From a virus (lineage: Duplodnaviria > Caudoviricetes): 62,595 bases of DNA. Below the pieces are notes generated by a model. The model did no database searches and was not told the origin of the DNA. It worked only from the letters and a program-made list of their open reading frames with translations. The stretch lies in IMG/VR virus record IMGVR_UViG_3300027823_000007, positions 1-62,595 of that record, one strand, 5' to 3'. How positions within the stretch are numbered: position 1 is the first letter of the stretch; each line of letters starts with the position of its first letter. The position numbers and the translations under genes were made by a program. This document shows, in pieces, positions 1 to 11,056 of this stretch.

Positions 1-277
1 GCGCGATCGAGCCGGTCGGGCGCGGGTGATGCTGACGGCGCGATCGTCCGGTTTTTGTCTCGGACTATAGTATAGTAGAGTAGAGCAGAATTTAAAAGGT
101 GATATCAAAAAAGGCTCAAACCCTTAGACCGTATAGGTTCCCAGTGTTGGGAATCCGTGGCAGTGAGTGGGCATTGCCAATAAGTCAAAAGTGGTGTAAA
201 CTATACACAGCCAAAAAATTGGGCGATCGCTCGAAAGCTACCGCCCAACAACTGTAATTTAAATAGGTAGATTCACT

Positions 278-3200
278 ATGGCAGACTTTCTAGAATATGT
301 CAAGCTAGGTGCGAGTCCAGGATTATTGAGACTGATTAAGGAAGATTTAGACGCAAGCGCGATCGACACTGAGACGCAAGCACTAAATTTTATGCCAATA
401 ACGGGCGTTGATGCTTTTGACTTTGTGTATGGCGATAAGGCCAAAAAATTACAAGGTGGATTCGGAGTTTCTGCACCGTGGATGAGAAGCCTATACAAGG
501 TGCAAGATTTTTGCGGCTGGATCTGCAATGGTAGAATTAGACACTTAGGCGGATCACCTTTTAGGGATAGTGACGGCAGTGCGCGGCGGTACATGGCATC
601 ATCGGACAAGAAAACACCGATAACCTTTATAGAACCTTCCCAAAGAGCGATCGAGCTAGCAGAGGCAAGATTTAATATTCCCAAGCCTATAGCATTATCT
701 TATTGGCAATGGATTAAAACATATTTTTTGCCTGTGGTGGTAACAGAAGGAGAAAAAAAAGCAGCCGCGTTAATTTGTGCCGGAATACCCGCTATAAGTT
801 TGCCTGGTATATTTACCGGGTTTAAGGCGATTAAAGATGACTGGGGAAAGACTATCGATCGGTTGATCCGGGAAGAGCTAAAAGAATTTGACCAACCCGG
901 TCGCACGGTTTATATAATGTTCGATCGTCGCCCTGATGAGGATTTTGAGGCAACAGTAGAATTCAAAGCAGCGGCGATACTTAGCCGACAATTCAAAAAA
1001 GCGACCGTCAAGGTTTGTAATTTACCGGGCCCGTATAAAGGTGTAGATGATTATCTTGCAGCGGGTAAGCTGGCGGACATAGAGACAGCTTTAATTCAGT
1101 CGCGATCGGCTCAAAGTATGGAGCAGACGCGGATGTGGCGCGAATACAGACGTTTTGATGCTCAAGGTAAAAAGACACGCGATCGCTTTTTTGCAGCCTC
1201 AGAACCGCAAGCAAACAGCATCACAATAGTTAAATCTAATCTCAACTCAGGTAAGTCTCAATGGTTTGGCGATGTTGTTAGTAAAGTTAAACCCGTCAAA
1301 ATTAACGGCAAACTTTCTAAAAAATCCGATGCGGACGGCGTTATGGTGTCAATAGGGCACAGAAATTCGCTACAGGAGCAATTATGCGAGAGATGGGATT
1401 TTGATCACCTTGACATACATAGTGCTTATGGGCGATTCAAGGATCCCAACCTGCGGGTAGCACTATGCTTTGATAGTTTATTGAAACTGCCGATCGAGAT
1501 ATTTGATGGCGCGACCGTGGTGATTGATGAGACAATGACGGCTATCAAACATTTATTAACTAGCTCTACACTCCGAGGCAAGCGACTCGATATTATAACT
1601 AGATTCGAGTATATTGTTAGGGTATGTGCCCGACTAATACTCATGGATGGTAATATGTCCGACTGGATGGTGGATTATATCACGGCGATAGATCCCGACA
1701 AAACTGTAGATTTATACGAAAATACCAGCGATCGGGAAACCCCGCCGATCTTTTTTGTAGATGACAATACTATTACAAAACGAAAGGCTGAAGAATGGCT
1801 AAACCTTCAGATTTTAGAAAGTTCTTTACCCGCGATCGTTGTTGATAGCATCATCAAAGCTGAAGCGATCGCAGAGCAACTAACAAAGCTAAAAGGTGAG
1901 GGCATACTTATAACCAGTAAAACCGTTACCGAAAAATGGGTTAGAGCTTTTTTAAGGGCACCTGATGAGTATATTGATGCTAACCCCGATCGCATTAACT
2001 GGATAGTCTGCACTCCTACTGTAGAAAGTGGTGTTTCTATCGAGAATGTTAGCAAGTTTGATACTCTTTTTTGCTGGTTTGTTGGTGTTGTGGGAATAAA
2101 TGAAGCAGTGCAGATGTCGCGACGGGTAAGAAATCCCGGTCGGATTATCGTATACGCTCCCAAAGTAGGGATCGACCATAAACGCAACGCCGGCGCGTTT
2201 GAGCAGGTACTAATGGAAGATTTAGCAGTGCGAATCACAGCAGAGGCTGGTTTGTTTCCGGAAAGTACGATCGGCGACAAAGTAATGGCGACTTTGCGCG
2301 CGCAACTTGATAGTCCGCACGTCCAAGCTTGGGCAAAAATGCAGGCTATCTCATACTTAGAGACTCGCAACTATCGAGAATTTTTATATATTGCTTTTGA
2401 GTCAATGGGCATGACTCCGCAACGTGTAGAGGCTTATGAGATAGACTCAGAAGCCTATCGCACTGCTAAGCTAGAAGTACAGATTGTAGAGTGCAATCAG
2501 ATTTTTAACGCGCCCGACCTTACCGATTCAGAGGCAGAAGCGATCGGTAAAAAAATTGACTCGACATGGGCTGAACGTTGTAGCGTACTGAAGTATAAAA
2601 TTCTCTACCGGTTTCCCGGTCTACAAGATTCTATTTTATGGACTGCCGACCTTATCCACCGTTTAAGGTATGCAGAACGCGATTTAACTAGCTCTCTTGA
2701 GATGTTCTGGCTCTTGACTCATCCAGAAGAGTCTAAGGCTCTACAGGCTCAAAAATGGGCGGGGAAAGAAGATATAGATTTTTTCGTACCTGACAGGATC
2801 GGCGATCGCTGGACAATTATAGAAACCCTAAACCGTTTGGGCTTCCCTAAGCTATTGGCTGATGGACATCGCTACTCGGATCAGTCTGAAGATGTCCTCA
2901 ACCTGATCGGCAAGATCCGATCGCATAAAACTGTTTCCAGAATCACCGGACACCCCGGCGATGCTACTAACCTGCATTTTATTAACCGCATATTAATGCC
3001 GATGTTTGGTATTAAACCCGTCCGCCGTCAAGTACGGTTACCCGTACATACTATTGGTGTAGAAGGGGCCCGGGTTAATTTTTACTACTACGATCGAGCA
3101 CAATCACACACCGATAATTTTGAAGAGTTGATCCAATATGTCGATCGCCGATTCCAACTAAAACTTGGTGCAGACCTCTCTGATTTACCCCCAATTCAGC

Positions 3201-3670
3201 GCTCGATCGCTCCAAACCCGGACAGCGTACAGGTTCCGATTGCTTCTGATGATGGTATATTACCTCAAACGGAAACAAAAGACTTTGAGCGTTATCAAGG
3301 GCTTCAAAGGCATACTATGGTAGGAGTCGAAGATCCTGCTATATATATACAAACAAAGGATAATAATCTGACAGATCCTGAAAATTACCCCACTTTTGGA
3401 CAAAACGGCGGGCGATCGGGTGAAACGGTTGCAGAGAGTGCGATCGGGGCGATCGAGTCACTAGGAGTCAATGGTGATGAGGACTCGCATAAATTGCAAT
3501 CTGAAGAGTTTTTAACTGTGTGGGTGCGAACAAATGCCATCGATCGCCCTAAAATAGAGACTGCAATACTACTAGATTGTGAAGGTGAAGGCTTCAGCGT
3601 GACGATCGAGGGCAACTTGTGGCTAATTGCTTGCGATGACTTATTCTGGCTGCCTCCTGAGCCTTCCTAG
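278..3670 (+). CDS. Plasmid-type replication protein: DUF3854/TOPRIM primase fused to origin-binding-type helicase (cyanobacterial CyRepA-like)
   Basis: 1130 aa; TOPRIM motifs VVVTEGEKKA, IMFD and KGVDD; Walker A-like SNLNSGKS; VVIDE; TPTVESGVSI; QMSRRVR. Confidence 0.85.
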   Translation: MADFLEYVKLGASPGLLRLIKEDLDASAIDTETQALNFMPITGVDAFDFVYGDKAKKLQGGFGVSAPWMRSLYKVQDFCGWICNGRIRHLGGSPFRDSDGSARRYMASSDKKTPITFIEPSQRAIELAEARFNIPKPIALSYWQWIKTYFLPVVVTEGEKKAAALICAGIPAISLPGIFTGFKAIKDDWGKTIDRLIREELKEFDQPGRTVYIMFDRRPDEDFEATVEFKAAAILSRQFKKATVKVCNLPGPYKGVDDYLAAGKLADIETALIQSRSAQSMEQTRMWREYRRFDAQGKKTRDRFFAASEPQANSITIVKSNLNSGKSQWFGDVVSKVKPVKINGKLSKKSDADGVMVSIGHRNSLQEQLCERWDFDHLDIHSAYGRFKDPNLRVALCFDSLLKLPIEIFDGATVVIDETMTAIKHLLTSSTLRGKRLDIITRFEYIVRVCARLILMDGNMSDWMVDYITAIDPDKTVDLYENTSDRETPPIFFVDDNTITKRKAEEWLNLQILESSLPAIVVDSIIKAEAIAEQLTKLKGEGILITSKTVTEKWVRAFLRAPDEYIDANPDRINWIVCTPTVESGVSIENVSKFDTLFCWFVGVVGINEAVQMSRRVRNPGRIIVYAPKVGIDHKRNAGAFEQVLMEDLAVRITAEAGLFPESTIGDKVMATLRAQLDSPHVQAWAKMQAISYLETRNYREFLYIAFESMGMTPQRVEAYEIDSEAYRTAKLEVQIVECNQIFNAPDLTDSEAEAIGKKIDSTWAERCSVLKYKILYRFPGLQDSILWTADLIHRLRYAERDLTSSLEMFWLLTHPEESKALQAQKWAGKEDIDFFVPDRIGDRWTIIETLNRLGFPKLLADGHRYSDQSEDVLNLIGKIRSHKTVSRITGHPGDATNLHFINRILMPMFGIKPVRRQVRLPVHTIGVEGARVNFYYYDRAQSHTDNFEELIQYVDRRFQLKLGADLSDLPPIQRSIAPNPDSVQVPIASDDGILPQTETKDFERYQGLQRHTMVGVEDPAIYIQTKDNNLTDPENYPTFGQNGGRSGETVAESAIGAIESLGVNGDEDSHKLQSEEFLTVWVRTNAIDRPKIETAILLDCEGEGFSVTIEGNLWLIACDDLFWLPPEPS

Positions 3671-4077
3671 CTCTTTCTAGGCGATGTCGATCGCGCCATT
3701 ATAATCCGATCGCCATTAATGTAGCTCTTGCTGCTATAGCCTTACTCCTTACCTGTTGCAACCTCGATCCGTTGTAGCGGGGATCGTTTTGTTTGTATAT
3801 CTATATCTACAAGTCCTAACGGTTAATCCCGGATCATTCCCAACATTGGGATTAATCTCCTGTAGTATACACGTACTACGGTTTGTAACACGTTTGGGCG
3901 ATCCTCTCCGAGGGCTTCGTTAACGGACATGACTATTCCCAACACTGGGATTAATCTCTTGTAGTATACACATACTACGTAGATGTTACTTTAAAACTAT
4001 CCGGGATCGCTTGCTATATATGGTATAATATGGTAAGATAGTAAAGAATCAAGAATCAAGAAAAAGGAGATAAAGGA

Positions 4078-5526
4078 ATGAAACGGATGCGATCGTTCCA
4101 GTTAGATTGTGTGAACCGAATATTAGGTATTTTGGATAGTGGGCAAGATCCGCTGTTAATCAGTCCTACGGGATCAGGTAAAACGGCGATATGGTGCAAG
4201 GTAATCAAGACACTATCAAAGCGCGATCGGGCTCATAAGTTTTTAGTAATAGTCCCTAGGAAAAGTTTAGTAGTGCAAGCATTAGAGGAGCTTTCGGATT
4301 GGCATATTGACGCCGGTGCGATCGCGGGCAATATGCCTGAGTCAAAGCGCGCGTCAGTACAGGTAGCAACTTATCAGAGCATGGCATCGCGGGATATAAG
4401 CTGGTTTAAACCCGACTACACGGTACTAGATGAGGCACACCTAAGCGCTTTTCCTGAGTCTGTCAAGGCATGGATACCGACCGTCTCTGATTATTGGCTG
4501 CACAAAAATAGGACGATCGGGGTGACAGCTACCCCAAGACGATCGGACAAACACACTAGCCTAGGTGAGTTATTTTTGCCTAATAATATAGTGTTTGCAC
4601 CTAATATTGCAGAACTGATCAGTATGGGGTACTTGGTACGTCCAAGCTATGGTATATGCCCTAATGCCGTCACAAAAAAGATGGTATTTGATCCTGATTA
4701 CATTCTAGCCACCTATAAGCTAACCGATCGCCGCCCGACGATCGTGTTTGCACCAAGTGTACCCAAAGCTCTAATGATGGCTCAGAAATTCAATGAAGAG
4801 GGAGTGTATGCGCGTGTTGTAACGGGGCGTACATCGACGGACGATCGGCGCGACATCTTTGCAGAATTTAATGCTGAAACCTTGCCTGTAATAGTGAATT
4901 GCTGTGTACTCAGAGAGGGGATCGATCTACCGATCGCCACTAATTTAATACTGGCAATCGATCCGGATTCTCACAGTAGTTATGTGCAGTGTATAGGTCG
5001 TGTCTTGAGACCTGCCACCTATAAAGACGGCACTAAAAAAACTCACGCTAATATATATGATCTGACTGGCTGCGTAGAACGCCACGGTCGGGTAGAAGAA
5101 TTACAATATACAGCGGATGATATAGAATTACCGGATATCGAGTTAGGTGATGTACCAATGAAGTCATGTCCGAGGGAAGAATGTGACATCAAATCATATA
5201 TTAGCGCTAGGTTTTGTCGATGCGGGTGCGAGTTTGAGATTAAAAAGAGCCGGACTGTTATCCCAGAAGGTAACGTGTTTGCGCTGCTTAATCGGGATGA
5301 GAGGGAGCATAAAGCAATATATGAAGAATTGCTGCTAGAGGCTTTTGAGCGGGGCGATCGCCCGCAAGCGGCCAGAGTTGAATTTTACAATCGTTACAGG
5401 TATACACCGCCGATCCTATGGCGGCAGAATTTCAGACCATCGCCGGAAATAGAAGGCTGGCTGCTAACTGAAGGTTTGAGGCTTAATGCTGATTGGCGAT
5501 CGCGACAGCTTGCACTGCCTCTCTGA
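4078..5526 (+). CDS. SF2 DEAD/DEAH-box helicase with C-terminal Zn ribbon
   Basis: SPTGSGKT, LDEAH, TATP, EGID, QCIGRVLR; CPREEC...CRCGC. Confidence 0.9.
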   Translation: MKRMRSFQLDCVNRILGILDSGQDPLLISPTGSGKTAIWCKVIKTLSKRDRAHKFLVIVPRKSLVVQALEELSDWHIDAGAIAGNMPESKRASVQVATYQSMASRDISWFKPDYTVLDEAHLSAFPESVKAWIPTVSDYWLHKNRTIGVTATPRRSDKHTSLGELFLPNNIVFAPNIAELISMGYLVRPSYGICPNAVTKKMVFDPDYILATYKLTDRRPTIVFAPSVPKALMMAQKFNEEGVYARVVTGRTSTDDRRDIFAEFNAETLPVIVNCCVLREGIDLPIATNLILAIDPDSHSSYVQCIGRVLRPATYKDGTKKTHANIYDLTGCVERHGRVEELQYTADDIELPDIELGDVPMKSCPREECDIKSYISARFCRCGCEFEIKKSRTVIPEGNVFALLNRDEREHKAIYEELLLEAFERGDRPQAARVEFYNRYRYTPPILWRQNFRPSPEIEGWLLTEGLRLNADWRSRQLALPL

Positions 5527-5632
5527 TAATTCCCAACACTGGGATTAATTCTAAGACTTTCTGAAAAGTTGCCGGATTAATCCCCTAGCTATGGTATACT
5601 ATAATAAGATGAACAAACAAACGAAAAACACG

Positions 5633-5926
5633 ATGGATGCTTTAGTTTTAGAAATTGCCAGAGAATTTGAAGCCTGCGGGGCGACCGTCTTTTGTGAACG
5701 CCGCGGCAAAAAATCGATCGATATCTATGTGTCACTCCCTATAATCATGAACGTCGGTTGCCTGACAATAAATAACAAACTTGAGGGATGGGATGGTATG
5801 GGAACTAAAGCGACCCCCGCTATTTTGGCGATCGCCCGCAAGTACGGCACTGACAAATATATTAAGAGTGCGGGGCGGCGGGTTACGTTCTACCGGACGG
5901 GGATGCCCGCGCCGGTGATCGGCTAA
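5633..5926 (+). CDS. Hypothetical early protein
   Basis: ORF directly after the repeated promoter TGGTATACTATAAT; start moved to ATG 5633. Confidence 0.6.
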   Translation: MDALVLEIAREFEACGATVFCERRGKKSIDIYVSLPIIMNVGCLTINNKLEGWDGMGTKATPAILAIARKYGTDKYIKSAGRRVTFYRTGMPAPVIG

Positions 5927-6032
5927 TCCCAGCACTGGGAATACCGGAAAATACTTTTGAGATTGTCCGGTATTCTCCAAGAATAATGGTATACTATAAT
6001 AAGACGAACAAACAACAGAGAAAATAAACGCA

Positions 6033-6542
6033 ATGAAAACTACACTAAAGCCCAACCTCAAAGATCTACAGAATGCTCTCATATATACTAAAGAAGCGAT
6101 CGCGCGCTTGCTGGGAGTCACGGCTAAGAGCGTCACTCGGACTATGGTTTGGTGGTCGGGATTTTGGATTCTAATTAAAGGCAGAAGACCCCGCCTATAC
6201 AAAAAATCTTTGTTTGATAAGCACTTCTCGAATTTCCGCAAACAATCTGCGACCAACTACACAGTCGTTAAAACAGACAGTAAAACTTACAGAGTAAGTC
6301 CGATCGCGCAAGACCCCGCCACCGAGTACAGAAAGTCCTATCTAGTTTTGAGCGTTGCCCCCCAAGGTTTACTCAAATACACTTGTGGCTGTACGGATTT
6401 TAAAATGTTGTCTGAGGCATTCAAAGCGCCAGCCTGTAAGCATATATACGCAGTGTTAGCGACGCAAGGGTTCGGGTCACTCAGAGAGGCGATCGACGTG
6501 AATACCGCCGCACTTGACGCTAAACTAGCGATCGGGTTGTAG
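6033..6542 (+). CDS. SWIM zinc-finger protein
   Basis: YTCGCTDF...ACKHI (CxC-xn-CxH). Confidence 0.75.
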   Translation: MKTTLKPNLKDLQNALIYTKEAIARLLGVTAKSVTRTMVWWSGFWILIKGRRPRLYKKSLFDKHFSNFRKQSATNYTVVKTDSKTYRVSPIAQDPATEYRKSYLVLSVAPQGLLKYTCGCTDFKMLSEAFKAPACKHIYAVLATQGFGSLREAIDVNTAALDAKLAIGL

Positions 6543-6745
6543 GTAATGAAATCTAAACCGGGCGATCGCCCCGCCACGCCCGATCGCCCCGTCCTGTTTA
6601 AGCTAAGCGCTTTGAAGTGAGAATTAATCCCAGTATTGGGAATTGTGGGGCGATCGCCCGCCAAGAAATCTTTTCAAAACTTTACGGATTCTCTGAGATA
6701 GTATGGTATACTATAATAAGACGGAACGAAACAGAGGCAAGCAAA

Positions 6746-7168
6746 ATGACAGACTACATAAAAGTGAGAGAAGCCTTTATGACAAGTAACCTAGACTTGA
6801 ATGAACTAGAGGCATTAAGGGGGTTGGTAGAGTGTGAGATCCGTTATGAGGAATTGCAGACTAAACTGTGGACGATCGCGGGCAAATACCGACTCGACTT
6901 GCGGGATCAGTTCGCTATTATCAAATTGGCTCTAGAGTCGAATAATATCAGGGTTTCAGCCGATCGCCCGACACTGACAGATCCCGGCTCACTCAGTTGG
7001 CCTGTTAACTCAAATGGAATGTGTCAAGGTCGCTTAAACTTAGATATAGATGGCACTTGGTCGATCCGCAAATTTAAGTATCGCGCTGTTGATGCACCGG
7101 TGTACAGCCTAACGGATTTACTGGCACGTCGGAAAACAAATGTCAGCGACTGGAAAATAGCAGGCTAA
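6746..7168 (+). CDS. Hypothetical early protein
   Basis: ORF after the repeated promoter and a GAGG RBS. Confidence 0.55.
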   Translation: MTDYIKVREAFMTSNLDLNELEALRGLVECEIRYEELQTKLWTIAGKYRLDLRDQFAIIKLALESNNIRVSADRPTLTDPGSLSWPVNSNGMCQGRLNLDIDGTWSIRKFKYRAVDAPVYSLTDLLARRKTNVSDWKIAG

Positions 7169-7241
7169 AACTTGCCTTGATAGGCGATCGGACGATCGGG
7201 CGATCGCCAGATCGTCTTTGTTTTTTAAAAAAGGAATTGCA

Positions 7242-8207
7242 ATGATTGGATGGGATTTGTTTTCAGGTATAGGCGGCGTTAAATGCGGGATGACCTTAGC
7301 GGGTATTAAACCCGTTTTAGGAGTCGAACTCGATCCCCGCGATCGAAAACTCTCCGAGGCTTTTATTGAAATTCATCTGATGAACGGCTGGCAAGGAACC
7401 AGGTTAGAAACCGTGCAAGAATTTACGGATTGGGGATGTCCTGGTTTGCCCCGTAATGCCGACATAGCACACATATCCCCAGTTTGTGCAGACTACTCCG
7501 CCGCCAAGTCTGGCACACCTAGAAATGAGAATCAAGCTATGATCCGGGCGTCTATGGATGCGATCGAGATCGGGATGCCTCGCTGCTTCACACTAGAACA
7601 GGTTCCTATGTATAGAAAATCTCCTGAGTTTGATTATATGAAAGCGCGGGCGATCGCACTTGGTTACACAGTCAACAGCACCGTATTAAATATCGGATCA
7701 CCGTTTGGACAGTCGCGTGTCCGACTCATCGTCACAGCATCGCTGCACGGTAACTGGGAATCGCCGCTGCAACCTGACAAACGTAGCTGGTATGACGTGG
7801 TGAAAGATTTGATCCCAGCGTTTGCCCCGATCGTGCCAACCGCAAGGCAACGGCAAGCTGTACTCGATTGGCAAGCGCGCAATCCGGATCAGATTAAAAG
7901 CCCTCTCTATGTAGAGCGGGTGACTTGCGGAGAGAAGCCCAAAGCGCGCGGGCAATCGGAATTGATCCCGACCTTGATTAAATCTAAATTCAGAGATGGG
8001 GCGGAAAACGGGCGATCGAAAATATCATGCTTATATTTTCCTGATAGCGGGGACTGGCTTAATTTCAATTTAGAATCTCATGCGCGGCTGTCTGGGTTCC
8101 CAGATACCTTTAGATACCCCAATACAGCAAGGTTTGTAGGCGCTGGCTTTGGTTATAGCGTTCCGCCGTTATTTTATGCCTCTCTATTAAAAAGTATGCC
8201 AACATAA
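7242..8207 (+). CDS. DNA cytosine-5 methyltransferase
   Basis: DLFSGIGG (motif I), SPVC (IV), LEQV (VI variant), QSRVRL (VIII), C-terminal SGFP and GYSVPP. Confidence 0.85.
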   Translation: MIGWDLFSGIGGVKCGMTLAGIKPVLGVELDPRDRKLSEAFIEIHLMNGWQGTRLETVQEFTDWGCPGLPRNADIAHISPVCADYSAAKSGTPRNENQAMIRASMDAIEIGMPRCFTLEQVPMYRKSPEFDYMKARAIALGYTVNSTVLNIGSPFGQSRVRLIVTASLHGNWESPLQPDKRSWYDVVKDLIPAFAPIVPTARQRQAVLDWQARNPDQIKSPLYVERVTCGEKPKARGQSELIPTLIKSKFRDGAENGRSKISCLYFPDSGDWLNFNLESHARLSGFPDTFRYPNTARFVGAGFGYSVPPLFYASLLKSMPT

Positions 8208-8311
8208 TCCCAGCACTGGGAATATCGGAAAATACTTTTAAAACTTTCCGGTATTCCCTAATATTAATGGTATACTATAATAAGAACACAAAGAGAAAGG
8301 AAACAAACGCA

Positions 8312-8866
8312 ATGACAAGCTTAAGCACAAATGCCCAAGGATTCTATACAGTCGCGCTGCTAGTAGCCGATCTGGAGCGAGCGATCGCCACACCCGACAC
8401 CTTACGCAGCGTTATGAGCAACTTTCGGGATATCAACCGATATCACGGCAACATCGACTTAAAGGTTGCAGACCTGAAAAAAGCAGCGATCGCACTACTC
8501 ACAGAGTTGAAAGTCGATCTTGCAGACATCAACTCACTAAAGCTGGCTAACAAAGCGACTACCGCACGATTGGCATCAGAGGATGCCAAAATCAACAATA
8601 CCGATCGTGGGATTATCAGTAATCAGTGCTTGCAATGGCTATCACACGCAAGCACACATGGAATTGTTATGGTAAGACAACATTCTGGCTGCAACGGGCG
8701 TGACGTATGGGTTACTTATGGCAGCCATGCAAAAGTCATAGGACTGCTGACAGGCCGTGACGCGCTATCTGAACAAGGTTTTAGCAAAATCGAGATCCTT
8801 GCATCGGCTATAGAATTTTACCAGGGTTTAGTTTTGGATCAGGGTGTCCGGTTAACTTTTGTCTAA
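8312..8866 (+). CDS. Hypothetical early protein
   Basis: ORF between two near-identical ~110-bp promoter cassettes. Confidence 0.6.
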   Translation: MTSLSTNAQGFYTVALLVADLERAIATPDTLRSVMSNFRDINRYHGNIDLKVADLKKAAIALLTELKVDLADINSLKLANKATTARLASEDAKINNTDRGIISNQCLQWLSHASTHGIVMVRQHSGCNGRDVWVTYGSHAKVIGLLTGRDALSEQGFSKIEILASAIEFYQGLVLDQGVRLTFV

Positions 8867-8972
8867 ATTCCCAGCGCTGGGAATACCGGAAAATACTTTT
8901 AAAACTTTCCGGTATTCTCTAATATTAATGGTATACTATAATAAGAACACAAAGAGAAAGGAAACAAACGCA

Positions 8973-9440
8973 ATGAAAACTACAACAACCGCTACAACCG
9001 CCCGCCCGATCGACGAATACTACACCGAAAATCTCGCAACAGTCGAGGCGATGTCTGTAAAGAATATGACTTTCTTCCTCAAGAGTGCTGAAATTAAAGG
9101 CCGCTCTAAAGCGACGACCCGTGCTCAAAAAATAGCCTTGATTATGACTGCTTATTATGGCTACCCTGAAGCCCCGATCGCACCTAAAGCACCTAAAGCT
9201 AAGAAAGAAACCGTAACACGCGCTGGCCTCGCAAAAATCGCCAATATTTACGGCTGGGAAGTGATCAGCAACGGGGATCAGTTCATTATTCGTCACGAAC
9301 GCGCCCGCGCCGATCGCAACATGGCAACCGCTAAGACATTACCCGCGATCGCTAAAAAACTGAAAAATATCATCAGTGAGTTAGAGTGTTCGACAGTTGA
9401 TAATCGTTCCTCCGATTTCTACTGCAAGTATTACGCTTAA
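8973..9440 (+). CDS. Hypothetical basic early protein
   Basis: ORF after the promoter cassette. Confidence 0.6.
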   Translation: MKTTTTATTARPIDEYYTENLATVEAMSVKNMTFFLKSAEIKGRSKATTRAQKIALIMTAYYGYPEAPIAPKAPKAKKETVTRAGLAKIANIYGWEVISNGDQFIIRHERARADRNMATAKTLPAIAKKLKNIISELECSTVDNRSSDFYCKYYA

Positions 9441-9552
9441 GCGCGATCGGGCGAGCGATCGCGCCGCTATTCCCAATACTGGGAATTATCCGGGATTAAT
9501 TATTCAGCAGTGTAGTATATAATAAGGAGGACAAACAACGCGGGGATCAATC

Positions 9553-10512
9553 ATGACGTTAACGCCGATCGCAAGTAACAACCCAGTGAGGAAATTCGAG
9601 GCAGGAGATGCTAATAGCGCGATCGTGATAAACGTACCCGCGCAAGGATTTTTAAACCAATCCCTAGCTATAAGTGAACAATTAGAGGCGATCGTGGCGA
9701 CACAAACAACGATCGGGACGCGCTTGACACAGTTAGCGGACGCAATAAGTCTTAAAGATGGGGCGATCGCACTTCGCAATACTCTACAATCAGAACGTAG
9801 TCAGTCGGCAACGGCGGATACTCAGGCAACCTCAGTAGAATCTGGGGTAACTTCATTAACTAGCACAACGACAACAGAAGCCAATAGAGTCGCGGGGATC
9901 AACACAAAGCTAGATTCTATCACTCCTTCGACTTACCAGGCTTTTAGCTCGAATTTAAGTGCGATCGGCGCTGCGGCGGCGAGTGCCAGCAATTACTTAT
10001 ATAGCGATCCCAGTGCAGTTATCTCCTATGCCACACCACAACTTAGTACAGGTACGAGAATGCGAGATGTCATACTGCAAGCGACACTAGCAGCCAGCGC
10101 GGGATCACCTTCGATCGCGGGTGATGTTTGGGTTGACTTGCCGTTAGTTCAAACACTCAACAATGCTAGCGACGTTGTAAGCTACAATAGCACTACACGC
10201 GATATTACGATAGGAGCTGGAGACTACTCGATCGAGGGATATATAGTCGCTACTAACACCCAGTTTGTGCAGATGTCTCTATTGCAAGGTTCTACACGCT
10301 ATTTAGGCTCTAGTGGCAAAGGAACCAATAATGCAGGAGTTATTGGTAGCGATCGACTTAGCATCTACTCGCATCTAATGACATCATTTAAGATTACTAG
10401 CACTCGTGTATACAATGCTCAAATATTCTTAAGTAGCGGGGCGATCGTGTCGAGTAGTTTAGGAGAGGCAACACCTTGGGCATTCTTGCGCGTTAGACAC
10501 TATCAATCCTAA
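9553..10512 (+). CDS. Putative fibre/receptor-binding protein, paralog 1
   Basis: Coiled-coil N-half and Ser/Thr/Gly-rich beta C-domain (ITIGAGDYSIEG); same layout as 40631-41647 and 47642-48628. Confidence 0.55.
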   Translation: MTLTPIASNNPVRKFEAGDANSAIVINVPAQGFLNQSLAISEQLEAIVATQTTIGTRLTQLADAISLKDGAIALRNTLQSERSQSATADTQATSVESGVTSLTSTTTTEANRVAGINTKLDSITPSTYQAFSSNLSAIGAAAASASNYLYSDPSAVISYATPQLSTGTRMRDVILQATLAASAGSPSIAGDVWVDLPLVQTLNNASDVVSYNSTTRDITIGAGDYSIEGYIVATNTQFVQMSLLQGSTRYLGSSGKGTNNAGVIGSDRLSIYSHLMTSFKITSTRVYNAQIFLSSGAIVSSSLGEATPWAFLRVRHYQS

Positions 10513-10560
10513 GATAGCTATAGGTGTGCTCTAACGTGCGATCGTGTCTACACGCGCGCG

Positions 10561-10868
10561 CTAGGCATGGCTAAGGCAAGGCAAGGCATGGCAAGGCAAG
10601 GCAAGGCAAGGCATGGCTAAGGCATGGCAAGGCAAGGTAAGGCAAGGCAAGGCAAGGTAAGGCAAGGCATAGGCATGGCAAGGTAAGGCAAGGTAAGGCA
10701 AGGCAAGGCATAGGCAAGGTAAGGCAAGGCATAGGCAAGGTAAGGCAAGGCAAGGTAAGGCAAGGCAAGGCATAGGCATGGCTAAGGCAAGGCATAGGCA
10801 TAGGCATAGGCATAGGCATAGGTGGTATAGGTGTATAGGTGTATAGGTGTATAGGTGGTATAGGTGCA
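10561..10868 (+). repeat. Compound microsatellite (AAGGC/ATGGC/AAGGT pentamers, then ATAGGC, then GTATAGGT)
   Basis: Directly visible and strongly strand-biased. Confidence 0.95.
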
Positions 10869-10903
10869 TGATAGGGGAGGGCGATCGAAACCAGCAACTT
10901 AAA

Positions 10904-11056
10904 ATCAAGAAAATATTATCAAGAAAATATTATCAAGAAAATATTATCAAGAAAATATTATCAAGAAAATATTATCAAGAAAATATTATCAAGAAAATAT
11001 TATCAAGAAAATATTATCAAGAAAATATTATCAAGAAATATTATCAAGAAAATATT
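10904..11056 (+). repeat. 14-bp tandem repeat ATCAAGAAAATATT x11
   Basis: 10 perfect copies plus one with a 1-nt deletion. Confidence 0.95.

Larger units (their letters stand above)
5925..8975 (+). promoter_or_regulatory. Repeated early-promoter cassettes (palindrome, CCGG inverted pair, extended -10 TGGTATACTATAATAAG, A-rich leader)
   Basis: Near-identical ~110-bp copies at ~8206-8315 and ~8867-8976; related copies at ~5925-6035, ~5590 and ~6702. Confidence 0.75.

Noticed and set aside
259-3615. Antisense ORFs within the replicase and other long genes
   Set aside because: Fully nested opposite well-supported genes and lacking motifs.
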